A stretch of DNA of 63,786 nucleotides, filler included, from Octopus bimaculoides (taxonomy: Eukaryota), in assembly GCF_001194135.2 (NCBI RefSeq). It is 7 parts of 7 records of this genome, joined end to end, with 100 filler letters (N's around TTAATTAATTAA, not from the genome) between each part and the next. Parts side by side here need not be neighbours in the genome. Positions count along the whole stretch, not along the records: positions 26,808 to 32,219 come from NC_068998.1; positions 32,320 to 35,043 come from NW_026339305.1; positions 35,144 to 49,755 come from NC_068986.1; 4 more parts are not named here. One strand, written 5' to 3'. The notes under the pieces are model-generated. The model was not told the DNA's origin and did no database searches. It saw only the letters and a list, made by a program, of their open reading frames with translations. Position numbers and translations under genes: made by a program. The stretch's first letter is position 1, and every line of letters begins with the position of its first letter. This document shows positions 27,923 through 39,199 of the stretch, piece after piece.

Positions 27923-28994
27923 ATGACAATAGAAAGAAAGTAACCATTGCTTTTATGTAACTGTTATGTCTGCTACATATATTTTTTGGTTTATGAGAGC
28001 AACACAGTAAATAGTATAATACAAACACTTAGCCAACAGCTTCACTTGAACTGAGAAGCCATTGGTTTCATTGACACAACTCATATTTGAATATATCAGC
28101 AGATAATGAAGTAATGTGGGATAGTAGTTCAATACTAAAACCTACTTTGATTGAAAAAGTTTCTGGGCAGCCTTTTAAATTCATTTTGTTTATAGGCATG
28201 AAACAAAACAGTTGTAAGTGAGGAAGTACACATGTTCAAAGACTTTTTTTTACCTTTCTCAGTTATAAAGGAAGGAATGAACTCATAAGACTGTTGGCAA
28301 GTCAAACTTTCCATGCAAAAATCTACTGTCTGTGTGAAAGGTCGTTTTTAAAATGACCTTAAAAGACTATTAAGGCTGGAAGTAAAATTTAAAGAATTTA
28401 CACCAGCCTTATATACAATCTTCTAAATCAGATTTTGCAACAGAAACATTTAATTGTTCTGTCCCTCTTCTTTTCAAGGATTTTCTTTTTTAACTTAAAG
28501 GTATTATGTTCCTTTCTTCACTCTGTCACTTACCAGCTATACACAGACGCTTAAATTGCATTAGTTATCACTATTTTATCATTAAGTTCTCATTATTGGT
28601 TCATTGAAAGTCCTCTCTATTATAACACTTTATTTCCACAATAGTCTAAATTATTGCCATATTCAGAATTTTCAATTGTTAAAACATTCTCATGTTCTTT
28701 TTATTCCTATTTTCATGTTGTTCTGGTTTGGCTTTTATTGGTCAATGTTAAGATTTTATAAGGTTTGATTTTGTAGTTTTGTTACATTTTATTTGTTCTT
28801 CTTGTTTTAGGTCAATCTTTATACTTAACATTTTCAATAGTGTTAAATTTGATATTGTATTCTTGTTCTAAGCATCCTTGTTCTTTTTTATTATTATTAT
28901 TATTATGTATGCTTTCTTCCACAAATTCTATTTTGTTTCTATATATTATAACTCTTTGGAGTTCCAAAATATATCTTTCCTGATCAATATTCTA

Positions 28995-29700
28995 TCGGGT
29001 CATCCCATAAAAAATGTGTGTTTTTTTCAATTGCATGAGCTAAAAGTCAGAGGGGGATGGGATAAACTACCTGCATCAACTTGCTATAAAAGCAGGTAGT
29101 AATTTTACCTTGTCCTTATTCTTAGTGCAAGTCTTGAAGAATGCAGTTCAATGTTAACGGTTTTTTTCAAAGCTATAATGGAAGTGACAAAGGAGCATAT
29201 TTTGCTTTAGGAGTTCAACAAAGGCAACAACGCAATGGAAAGTGCAAGGAATATTGATGCAGTATATCAGGATCAGATAATGAGCGTAAACTAGTGTCAA
29301 CAGTGGTTCCAGAAATTCCAAGCCAGAAACTACAACCTAGAAGATGAGCCTTGTCCTGGAAGATCTATAGAGCTTGACAAGGAACAAACCCTGGTGGAAC
29401 AAAATCCCATTGTAACCTTTGAGGAACTAGCAGAGAAGCTTGGATTTGGTCTTTCAACCATTCATTGATACCAGTGCTAGAAGAAAAATGACCATCTTTG
29501 GTTTCAAGACAAAAGGTGTTCTTCCATCAGGATAATGTTTGGCCACATACAGTGAGGATGACATTCCAAAGGGTGGAGCAGTTTGGATGGGAAACGATGC
29601 CCCACCTCCACCCCACCATATTCACTGGACATTGCTCCATTTGATTATCATTTATTCCGCAGTCTTCAAAATCATGTGGATGGAAAAAATATGAATCCTG
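28995..29700 (+). mobile_element. Second mariner (D34D) fossil, internally deleted
   Basis: TA-tcgggtcatcccataa TIR-like start; from 29178 MEVTKEHILL*EFNKGNNAMESARNI..LEDEPCPGRS; C-terminal FHQDNVWPH..HPPYSLDIAPFDYHLFRSLQNH with a 7-nt insertion. Confidence 0.85.
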
Positions 29701-30605
29701 TAGACACTATCTTGTCTGGGATGCCAAATCTTGCAAACAATTCGTGTAAAAAATTTATCACTGTTGAGGAGATTGATTTTTTACACTTACAAATTTCAGG
29801 CCATTTTGTAAAACTATCAACTACCTCTAAATAGTAAGAACCGTTTAAAGAACCAGCGAAATTGATGTGTAGTCACGGAACATTAACCACTTTATAGTGT
29901 GTGCTGGGTGACTTTAACGTGGCACCAGCATGAGTGCCTTAATATGGCACTGGCACAAGTGCATTGTACATGGCAACAGCACAGAACTCTTGGTGGTGAA
30001 ATCATGCTGCCATTGTTATTCATCCTTTGAGGCTGAGAAAATAAAAATAAATACTATTTATATACTAGAAATGACTGAATTGACTATATTTCCTGCATGC
30101 ACGCACACACACAAATAAAGAAATCATGATATTATGCTAATGTTAGAAACAGTGATGATGGTGACAATGACAATGATGACGAAAATGATGATGATGATGA
30201 TGAACATCATCATCATTGTTGTTGTCGTTGTCATCATCATTATCATCACTGCAACTGACCACACCTCTGCCTGGGTTACATGCAGTGTTTATTGTTTCAA
30301 TACTTATCTGTACATTGAAAGTATTCCGTGTAATACTGTTATTGCTTCCTGCATTCTAAGCAAATGTGTAAGTCTTGAGAATCTGGTTAGATATCCTCTG
30401 CATCTTTTTTTACTATTCTCAGTTTTCAATCTCAGCATTCAATATCATTTTTATTTTGAAATCTTGGCATTTGGATAGTTTCCTTATTTCTTTCAGAGGT
30501 ATGTTGTTGTTGATCAGAATTGATTAATTGGTCAGGAAAAGTTTAGTCTTCATATTTATCTACTAAATTGAAATAACATAAAAGTCTCGGTAACCAGTAG
30601 TGTTT

Positions 30606-30659
<54 letters not shown>

Positions 30660-30852
30660 AACAGACAGACAGAGACAAAGAGAGAGAGAGAGAGAGAGAG
30701 ATACATACATATATGTGTGTGTGTGTGTGTGTAAATGGTACACGTATGTATATATGTATGTATACATAAGTATATATGTATGTCTACATGTGTATATATA
30801 TATGTATACATATGCTTATATGTATGTATGTATCTATCGATTTATACATATA

Positions 30853-31020
30853 TACACTCTCTGAGTGGTTGGCGTTAGGAAGGGCATCCAGCTGTAGAAA
30901 CTCTGCCAAATCAGACTGGAGCCTGGTGTTGCCATCCGGTTTCACCAGTCCTCAGTCAAATCGTCCAACCCATGCTAGCATGGAAAGCGGACGTTAAACG
31001 ATGATGATGATGATGATGAT
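30853..31020 (+). mobile_element. 5'-truncated family D copy within an (AT)n tract
   Basis: Core and (GAT)n tail match the 26808 copy. Confidence 0.85.
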
Positions 31021-31024
31021 ACAC

Positions 31025-31062
<38 letters not shown>

Positions 31063-31200
31063 TTATATGTATGTTAATGTTTGTTTTAAGTTCAGTTATA
31101 ATAAAAACCATTTTACATGAATTTGATGGGTTACTCTTTACTTTTGTAGAGTATAAATTATAATTCTTAAATAGAAAGTTGCTGAAAGAAAGTTGTTCAT

Positions 31201-32022
31201 AGGTGCAGGAGTGGCTGTGTGGTAAGTAGCTAGCTTATCAACCACATGGTTCCAGGTTCAGTCCCACTGTGTGGCACCTCAGGCTGACCAAAGCCTTGTG
31301 AGTGGATTTGGTAGATGGAAACTGAAAGAAGCCCATCATATATATAAGTAATGTGCTGTGCGTGAGAAGACCCGGCAAGCCAAGTGAGATCACTGCCAGT
31401 GCCCCTGGACTGGCTCTTGTGCGGGTGGCACATAAGATGTACCATCCTGAGCGTGACCGTTGCCAGTACCGCCTGACTGGCCTTGTAGGGTTTTCTAGCG
31501 AGATCGTTGCCAGTGCCCCTGGACTGGCTCTTGTGCGGGTGGCACATAAAAGACACCATTTCGAGCGTAGCCGTTTTCGTGCGGGTGACACGTAAAAGCA
31601 CCCACTACACTCTCTGAGTGGTTGGCGTTAGGAAGGGCATCCAGCTGTAGAAACTCTGCCAAATTAGATTGGAGCCTGGTGTAGCCATCCGGTTGCACCA
31701 GTCCTCAGTCAAATCGTCCAACCCATGCTAGCATGGAAAGCGGACATTAAACGATGATGATGATGATGATGATATCCATATATATATGTGTGCGTATATG
31801 TTTGTGTGTCTGTGTTTGTTCCCACCAACATCGCTTGACAACCGATGGTGGTGTGTTTACGCCCCCGCAATTTAGCAGTTTACCAAAAGAGACCAATAGA
31901 ATAAGTACTAGGCTTACAAAGAATAAGTCCCGGGGTCGATTTGTTCAACTAAAGGCGGTGCTCCAGCATGGTCGCAGTCAAATGACTGAAATAAGTAAAA
32001 GAGTAAAAGAGTAAAAAGAGTA
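31201..32022 (+). mobile_element. SINE family A interrupted by a family D copy (about 31350-31773)
   Basis: A head 31201-31345, D insert with hairpin array, A tail ending (agagtaaa)n. Confidence 0.85.
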
Positions 32023-32144
32023 ACTTCAAACTTTAACTGAGTTAAGCCATCATCGTATGGCTTAACTGGCCAAAACTTCAAAGTCAATGTCAACTTTCTT
32101 GTCTAAGAATAATAAATATGCGTATATATATGTATGTATGTATA

Positions 32145-32219
<75 letters not shown>

Positions 32220-32977
32220 NNNNNNNNNNNNNNNNNNNNNNNNNNNNNNNNNNNNNNNNNNNNTTAATTAATTAANNNNNNNNNNNNNNNNNNNNNNNNN
32301 NNNNNNNNNNNNNNNNNNNCGTGTAGAAATCCGTGCAAAGTAATCCTTGTGTGAATAATCCAGAAATTTGTTTGAACGAAAGTTGATATAGCATAGATAG
32401 CAGAGGTACATATATTCCATATTGCAATGGATTTTTGCTTGTTTACTTGAAGAATGTCCAAGTCAAGTGAAAAGTGAGTGGTAATTAGGTCAAGCCAAGA
32501 AGACAGAATGTGAAAGGGGATAGAGGAGATATAGAGGCAGAGGGTGGTAGGGATATATTTATGGTCAGTTGGTCTTAACAGGGTAGAGGGGATGAGCATA
32601 TAGAGTGAAGGAGGAATAGGGGGATGAGGTTAAAAGGTCTAGTGAGTAGGAAGGAATGCATGTGTAGTATATAGGTGGTGGGGGTATGAGTGATAGACCA
32701 AGGACAGAGATAAAAGAAAGGGATGGGTGGGAAAGGTAGTTAGTAGTATCATATTTTAGGATGCTGCCAAGCCTATTTATAGACTGTGGAAAGGGATTGA
32801 AAGAGGTGACATAGTCTGTTTGTGTAGGTGGTGTTCTTGTGAAATTGAGAATAGGAGAAATAGATTTGGTGGTATATGTGTGGTGAGATGATCAAAAGGA
32901 AATAATCCTATTCAAAAGATGGTGAAAGATGGATGTTTTTGCCAGGTTGAATAGGTTGCCTGTGGGGGGTTGTGTTA

Positions 32978-33275
32978 TTATGTTGCATGATCATTTGTGC
33001 AATTTTGCTTGTGATAGAACCTGAATGTGTGGAAAGAGCAGTGGTTGCAGTTGCTCAACGCTTCGTTATATCGATTAAGTAGAGTGGGAGAATTGTATTT
33101 TAAAATATGGAACGCCTCCGTTAGGCAAAGCTTGCAATTGGAGCGCTGGGCCTGGTATGGAGTTCCAGAGTCTAAGATGGACCATTTTAAGGTGTATTGG
33201 GTATTTTTGTTTTTGAGGTGATGAATATGATTGGCTAATGTTGTAGATTTACTGTGTTTACTCATCTATATCTCC
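32978..33275 (-). mobile_element. Penelope-like element fragment (C-terminal part of GIY-YIG endonuclease region)
   Basis: STTLANHIHHLKNKNTQYTLKWSIL..CKLCLTEAFHIL..LLNRYNEALSNCNH resembles PLE C-termini; N-terminally truncated. Confidence 0.65.
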
Positions 33276-33302
33276 TCAGCTTTTAAATAGGGCCATTCTT
33301 TT

Positions 33303-35043
33303 TGTCAGGTATCTTACTAACATTACACCTTTAGAAATTAACATTATAATCAACACTCGCAAAACTCAATGCATTTCTGCTGACTATAGGCGCTCACTCT
33401 CTGTCAGACTTATCATTGTTCATCTTCACTTCATCCAACTCTCAGGCCAACTCGACTGCTACCCAAATCCTCGCCGACTGCTACCACTCGACTGCCCCCA
33501 AATCCTCGGCCAACTGCTTCGCACCAATTCCTGTTCTCATATTTCTCACAAGTACCATAGCCCAATAGTGTTACCTTACCCCCTCCCAAAGCTGGGTCAG
33601 TTCAGTACGATTCCTATCCTGCTTTTCTGAACTTTTGCTGACCGGAAAGAGGCAGCGATCACTCCTACGCTAAAAATAGCTGTGGTTGCTGACAAGACAA
33701 AGGAAATGCCATTGCCACCATCAACCAGAATACGGTTTCAAAACCCAGCTCGGGAGATAAGGATATAACGCTAATTGTATTTCGGTGGTCGCATCACTAC
33801 CCCTTCCCTAGTTCTTTGTCGTCCCGACAAAACAAACAGCATTTCTAACTCCTTCCTCGATGCCTTTTCTCGGTGTGTAGCGTCTTCGACTCTTCTGCAT
33901 TTCTCCGGTTGACACACATCCAGTCACCGCGGTACGTCTACACTTTCTGCTGCGCTCTTCTCTTCCTGCACAATGCAACTGGCTTTGCCGCTGGTCCACT
34001 GCCTGGCACAGTTCCATGATTTGCCCTCTACAAATCTTCTGTGCCACTGTAGAAGAGTTGGCTGCTACATCCAGCACTTTATCAGCACCTGCTTCCAGGG
34101 TTCGTCCGACCCTCATTCTAGCTTTCAACTTGCCTCGTCTGTCGGGCTCCACTAGCCCCAGACAGCCATCAGTCGGATTGCTCACACGACACTGGAGCAG
34201 CTTTTCCGACCTCGGTGGTATCACCATCGTCCGTAGCGCTCTTACCTTGCTACCGGGCGTGGTCCGTCTTACCACCTTAACAGGGACCGATCTTCCCTGT
34301 ACTGAAAGCTTCATTGACCGCAAGTCCAGCTGACAAGCCATGGACGTTAAATAGTCCAATCCTAAAATACACGGATCTTCCATGTCAACCACATAAACAG
34401 GAAGCACAACTTCCAATCCGGCAACATCAATCCAGACTTTAACTGGCCCTCTCAGCTCAGTGCAATGTCCGGTCACACCACACAACTGCTGCGATGCCTC
34501 TGGCAGGTCTAGATCCTGCAACACATCGGACCTCACAAAAGTCTGTCCCGCGGCCGAATGAATCACTAGAGAACACGTGCGGCTGTTAACCTTTCCGCTC
34601 ACTCGTAGGCTGTTTATCGCAGTCCTTGCACGCCGTCTCGAGTGTGGGGCTTCTTTGGAACGTCTGGCTGGTGGTTGCCCAGCTCCTCTTAGTTTTCTGA
34701 CTCTATTTCTTGTTGGGCAGTCACAACTCAGGTGTCCCTTTTTCTTACAACACCAACACTTGCCCTTATAAACAGATCCTGCCCTATCTTTCTGTGTCTT
34801 CTCTCGCCGACAACTGTAGCAGTCTCGCCACCTGTGTCCGCTTCTCCCACAGTGCCAACACACACCAGTCATGTCCTCATTCCGCTTACTAAGTTTTCGG
34901 CTATCCCCAAGTCCTTCAACTTCACGGACTTTTACTCTCCTTGCCCTGAATCCGGAGCTTCCACTCACTCGGAAATTTCCGATGCTCTATTTCACATCGA
35001 GTCCTTTAAAAGTTCTTTCACTTCTTTGTTTTCTTTTAAGTTA
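33303..35043 (-). mobile_element. Ty3/gypsy-type LTR retroelement remnant
   Basis: Gag-protease ORF, PPT-like tract (plus ttaccccctcccaaa, 33576-33590), about 273-bp LTR (33575-33303) ending TGACA; 5' end lost in the gap; no RT, RNase H or integrase seen. Confidence 0.75.
33808..34968 (-). pseudogene. Retroelement Gag zinc knuckles plus degenerate aspartic protease
   Basis: Two CCHC knuckles (CWHCGRSGHRWRDC, CWCCKKKGHLSCDC); protease fold LVIHSAAGQTFV..CILGLDYL with DTG replaced by HSA. Confidence 0.75.
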
Positions 35044-35143
35044 NNNNNNNNNNNNNNNNNNNNNNNNNNNNNNNNNNNNNNNNNNNNTTAATTAATTAAN
35101 NNNNNNNNNNNNNNNNNNNNNNNNNNNNNNNNNNNNNNNNNNN

Positions 35144-35523
35144 ATGAGATGCACCATTTTGAGCGTGGCCGTTGCCAGTACCGCCTGACTGGCTCCCGTA
35201 GGATTTTCGAGCGAGATCGTTGCCAGTGCCCCTGGACTGGCTTGTGCGGGTGGCACATAAAAGACACCATTTCGAGCGTGGCCGTTTTTGTGCGGGTGAC
35301 ACGTAAAAGCACCCACTACACTCTCTGAGTGGTTGGCGTTAGGAAGGGCATCCAGCTGTAGAAACTCTGCCAAATTAGACTGGAGCCTGGTGTTGCCATC
35401 CGGTTTCACCAGTCCTCAGTCAAATCGTCCAACCCATGCTAGCATGGAAAGCGGACGTTAAACGATGATGATCATCATCATCATCATGTAACATCCGTTT
35501 TCCATTCTGGCATGGGTTGGACG
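35144..35523 (+). mobile_element. Family D copy plus an inverted 3'-tail fragment
   Basis: Hairpin array, core and tail, then (CAT)n and the reverse complement of the tail. Confidence 0.85.
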
Positions 35524-35839
35524 GTTCAAGCATGACTTTTTGTTATTTAAGGATAACATTACAGTCAGTTTTATATCTTCATGTCTTCCATGTGGTGGAC
35601 TGATCTGTAATTACTCAAATGTATCTAATGAAATATTTGAAATATTAATCATTTGTTTTCTGTTCATTTCAACTTTATGTTGTTCTTGTTACTATGTAAT
35701 ATCTCAAGTCCATATTAAATCTACTTTTTTTGATTGCATTTTATGAGACTGAAAGTTTAACATATGTGAAAACTGAACCTTAATCTTTAAGTTAACTTGT
35801 GTATTTTATTGCAACCACATGTGTGTGTGTTTGTATTAC

Positions 35840-35990
35840 AGGCTTCCATACAGTTTCTATTTACCAGTTCTACTTACAATGCATTGATCAGCTCAGACCT
35901 GTAGTAGAAGATACTTGCTGAAAATACCACACAGTGGGACTGAACCTGAAGCCATGTGGTTGGGAAGTGCAAACTTCTGAACCACACACC
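35840..35990 (-). mobile_element. Old SINE head related to family A, CpG-decayed
   Basis: Collinear with 43570-43709 but with CpG changed to TpG/CpA. Confidence 0.6.
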
Positions 35991-36024
35991 TATTCCTATG
36001 CTTATCACTGGTCGTAAACTAATG

Positions 36025-36044
36025 CCTCCTTTCTTTTATTTCAG
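36025..36044 (+). other. Candidate splice acceptor for the zinc-finger terminal exon
   Basis: Polypyrimidine tract cctcctttcttttatttcAG, about 385 nt upstream of the ATG; no transcript evidence. Confidence 0.4.
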
Positions 36045-36429
36045 AGTATACTTTCAACAATCTTGGCTGAGATAACTACTATGTTTACTTTTATCGATGG
36101 TTTTTAGGATAACAGTATGATAAACTTCTTTGGTTGCCAAGTAAGATAAGAGTGGCCGTAATTACAACTCAACTAATAGAAAATATTACAAGTGAGCCAT
36201 CGAAACTGAATGTCAAGTAAGATTCGGTTGAAGAAGATATGCTTTAGTGTGGAATTTTGTTGGGATATTTTCATTTGATAGCCCAGCAATAAAATGTGTA
36301 ATTTTCATTGTGGAAATACATTGCATTTGAAAATTGGTTCAAACACTAGAGAATCTTTACTAGTGTGATGTTAATGTGAAAGCATTTTTTTTGAAAGAGT
36401 TTGTTTTGTCTGCACACAGATGTTTTAAG

Positions 36430-38226
36430 ATGGAGGAAAAATACTACGACTGTGAATTTTGTAGGGAAGTTTTTCCAACTAATGAAGAATTGAATGCTCA
36501 TAAACTCATTCATGCAGCAGAAAAACCCTATCAATGTGAGGATTGTGGGACTGCATTCTCTGAGAGTAGTGAGTTATTATCTCATAAATGTACAGTTCAT
36601 ACGGGAGACAAACGAAGCCAATGTGAAATTTGTGGGAAATCTTTTTCGAAAAATAGTAATCTTTCTGCTCATGTACGCACTGTTCATATGGGAGAAAAGC
36701 CCTACATTTGTGAATTTTGTGGGAAAGCATTTACAGCAGCTTGTGGTTTAACAAGACACAAAACTCTTCATACAGGAGAAAAGCCCCATGTTTGTCAAAT
36801 TTGTGGCAAGGCATTTCCTAGAATCCATGAATTATCAGTTCATACAAATACGCATACAGATGAAAATCCATTCAAATGTGACATTTGTGAGAAGGTATTT
36901 TCTTCAGGCAGTTCATTAAAACGTCATACATATACACATACTGGTGAAAAACCTTATCGTTGTAGTGTTTGTGGGAAAGCATTTTCTAATACTGGTTCAT
37001 TAGAATTTCATAAATATACTCATACTAATGAGAAACCATATAAATGTGACATTTGTGGAAAAGCATTTCCCAGAAACTGTGACCTTTCAGTTCATAAATA
37101 TATTCATACCGGGGAAAAACCATACAATTGTGACATTTGTGGGAAAGCCTTTTCTAGAAACCAAGACCTTACAATTCATAGATATACTCATACAGATGAA
37201 AAGCCATATAGTTGTGAGGTTTGTGGAAAATCATTTACTAGAAATCATGACCTTTCAGTTCATAAATATAGTCACACTGGTGAGAAACCATTCAAATGTG
37301 AAATTTGTGGGAAAGCATTTTCCGGAAAACGATACCTTTCAGTTCATAAATATACTCACACTGATGAGAAACCTTACAAATGTGATGTTTGTGGGAAAGC
37401 ATTTCCTAGAAACTGTGATCTTTCAATTCATAAATATACTCATAGTGATGAAAAACCGTATAAATGTGATGTTTGTGGAAAAGCATTTGCTAGAAACCGT
37501 GACCTTACAGTTCATACATACACTCACACTGGTGAAAAGCCGTACAAATGTGATGTTTGCGATAAGGCGTTTTGTAAAAAAGGTTCACTAAAAGTTCATA
37601 GATATAACCATACTGGTGAAAAACCATACAAATGTGACATTTGTGACAGAGCATTTTCTAATAATGGTTCATTACAATTTCATAAATATAGTCATACAGA
37701 TGAAAAACCTTTCAAATGTGACATTTGTGGGAAAGGATTCCCTAGAAACAGTGATCTTTCAGTCCATAAATATGTCCATTCTGATGAAAAACCATATAAT
37801 TGTGACATTTGTGGTAAGGCATTTTCTAGAAACTATGACCTTTCTGTTCATATATACAGTCATACAGGAGGAAAACCATACAAATGTGACACTTGTGGGA
37901 AAACATTCTCTAGAAACTGTGACCTTTCAGTTCATAAGTATACTCATACTGATGAAAAACCATACAAATGTGATGTTTGTGGGAAAGCATTTCCTAGAAA
38001 TCATGACCTCTCAGTTCATAAATCTACCCATACTGGTGAAAAACCTTATAAATGTGACATTTGTGGGAAAGAATATCCTAGAAACTGTGACCTCTCAGCT
38101 CATAAATATACTCATAGTGGTGAAAAACCATACAAATGTGACATTTGCGAGAAAGCATTTTCTCGAAATATTTCCTTAACAAGACATAAGAAGACTCATA
38201 TTGGGAAAATAATCATAACTGTGTGA
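36430..38226 (+). CDS. C2H2 zinc-finger protein, 598 aa, 21 tandem fingers, no recognisable effector domain
   Basis: Uninterrupted ORF from the first in-frame ATG (MEEKYYDC); 21 CxxC..H..H units with TGEKPY-type linkers; typical of the expanded octopus C2H2 family. Confidence 0.93.
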   Translation: MEEKYYDCEFCREVFPTNEELNAHKLIHAAEKPYQCEDCGTAFSESSELLSHKCTVHTGDKRSQCEICGKSFSKNSNLSAHVRTVHMGEKPYICEFCGKAFTAACGLTRHKTLHTGEKPHVCQICGKAFPRIHELSVHTNTHTDENPFKCDICEKVFSSGSSLKRHTYTHTGEKPYRCSVCGKAFSNTGSLEFHKYTHTNEKPYKCDICGKAFPRNCDLSVHKYIHTGEKPYNCDICGKAFSRNQDLTIHRYTHTDEKPYSCEVCGKSFTRNHDLSVHKYSHTGEKPFKCEICGKAFSGKRYLSVHKYTHTDEKPYKCDVCGKAFPRNCDLSIHKYTHSDEKPYKCDVCGKAFARNRDLTVHTYTHTGEKPYKCDVCDKAFCKKGSLKVHRYNHTGEKPYKCDICDRAFSNNGSLQFHKYSHTDEKPFKCDICGKGFPRNSDLSVHKYVHSDEKPYNCDICGKAFSRNYDLSVHIYSHTGGKPYKCDTCGKTFSRNCDLSVHKYTHTDEKPYKCDVCGKAFPRNHDLSVHKSTHTGEKPYKCDICGKEYPRNCDLSAHKYTHSGEKPYKCDICEKAFSRNISLTRHKKTHIGKIIITV

Positions 38227-38337
38227 AACATCTGTAGAGAAATCTACAAAATATAAACTGAGAGATGAAAATATGTCCTGGTACAACTGAGAAGCAGTAT
38301 TATTGATATATTTGAACTTTTCTTTCATTTCTATTGA

Positions 38338-38343
38338 AATAAA
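38338..38343 (+). terminator. Candidate polyadenylation signal of the zinc-finger gene
   Basis: AATAAA about 110 nt after the stop. Confidence 0.4.
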
Positions 38344-39199
38344 CTTTCTTGTATACAACTTAATTAAATACAGGTTATTCCTGATTCTTTCATTATTCAT
38401 TTTCTATAATCTCTATAACTCCCTCTGACCAACCCACAAATTCTTTACCTTGTAACAACTGTAAAATTTGTGAAACTACCTCTTCTACAATATAACCGAT
38501 GTACTTGAACCTATTCTCTCATTGTTATTGAAGTGGTCTTTGTTCTTTCAGATATTCTGATTGTATAGTAAACACTTATTTTTATTTGTTTGGTTTGAAA
38601 GATAACCGTTTTATATCATGTCTTTAGTTAAGAATGAAATAATGATACCAGTAATTTTATTTTTAAATATGCTAAATAACAGTTTGTCAACTCTTATTTG
38701 CTTTTATTTTTTACATTGTTGAATTGGTAATTTTATTTCACCACTTTCAAAGTTGTCCATCCTCTCACTAATGGTCTCTGGTCTTTGAAACTCAATATAA
38801 TTGCTCTTGACGCTAGCAAAGATTTTGGTTATATCTACATGAAAAACCTTCTGAAAGAAAATAGTTTTGCAGCATGTATTTCCTGTTAAAAGTATTCATA
38901 TACTATACACTCTAGTATGACTCACTAATTCTAATACAGACCCACCTTCATACCTTTAAAACAAAGGTTATAACAGGTGTCATCCCAGATATCTTGGAAC
39001 ACATCTTGAAATGAAGATATTTCAATATACAACCACAACCTACTTACATCTTAAACTTTCAATCTCTGTAAATGTTAAGCCTCACAGTCTCTCCTAATTC
39101 TTGTGATGTCCCCATATCCAAGACATCCTTGACTTCCAAAAGTCAAAATCCTTGTTTCAGATTTTGATGCTATATAACACTGAACAACTACTGGCCCCC

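Noticed and set aside
33262-33282. CTGAGGAG beside the Penelope fragment as a hammerhead
   Set aside because: No stem II and no GAAA follow
37028-38179. Two 187-aa ORFs in an alternative frame of the ZNF
   Set aside because: Shadow frames produced by 84-bp periodicity and codon bias
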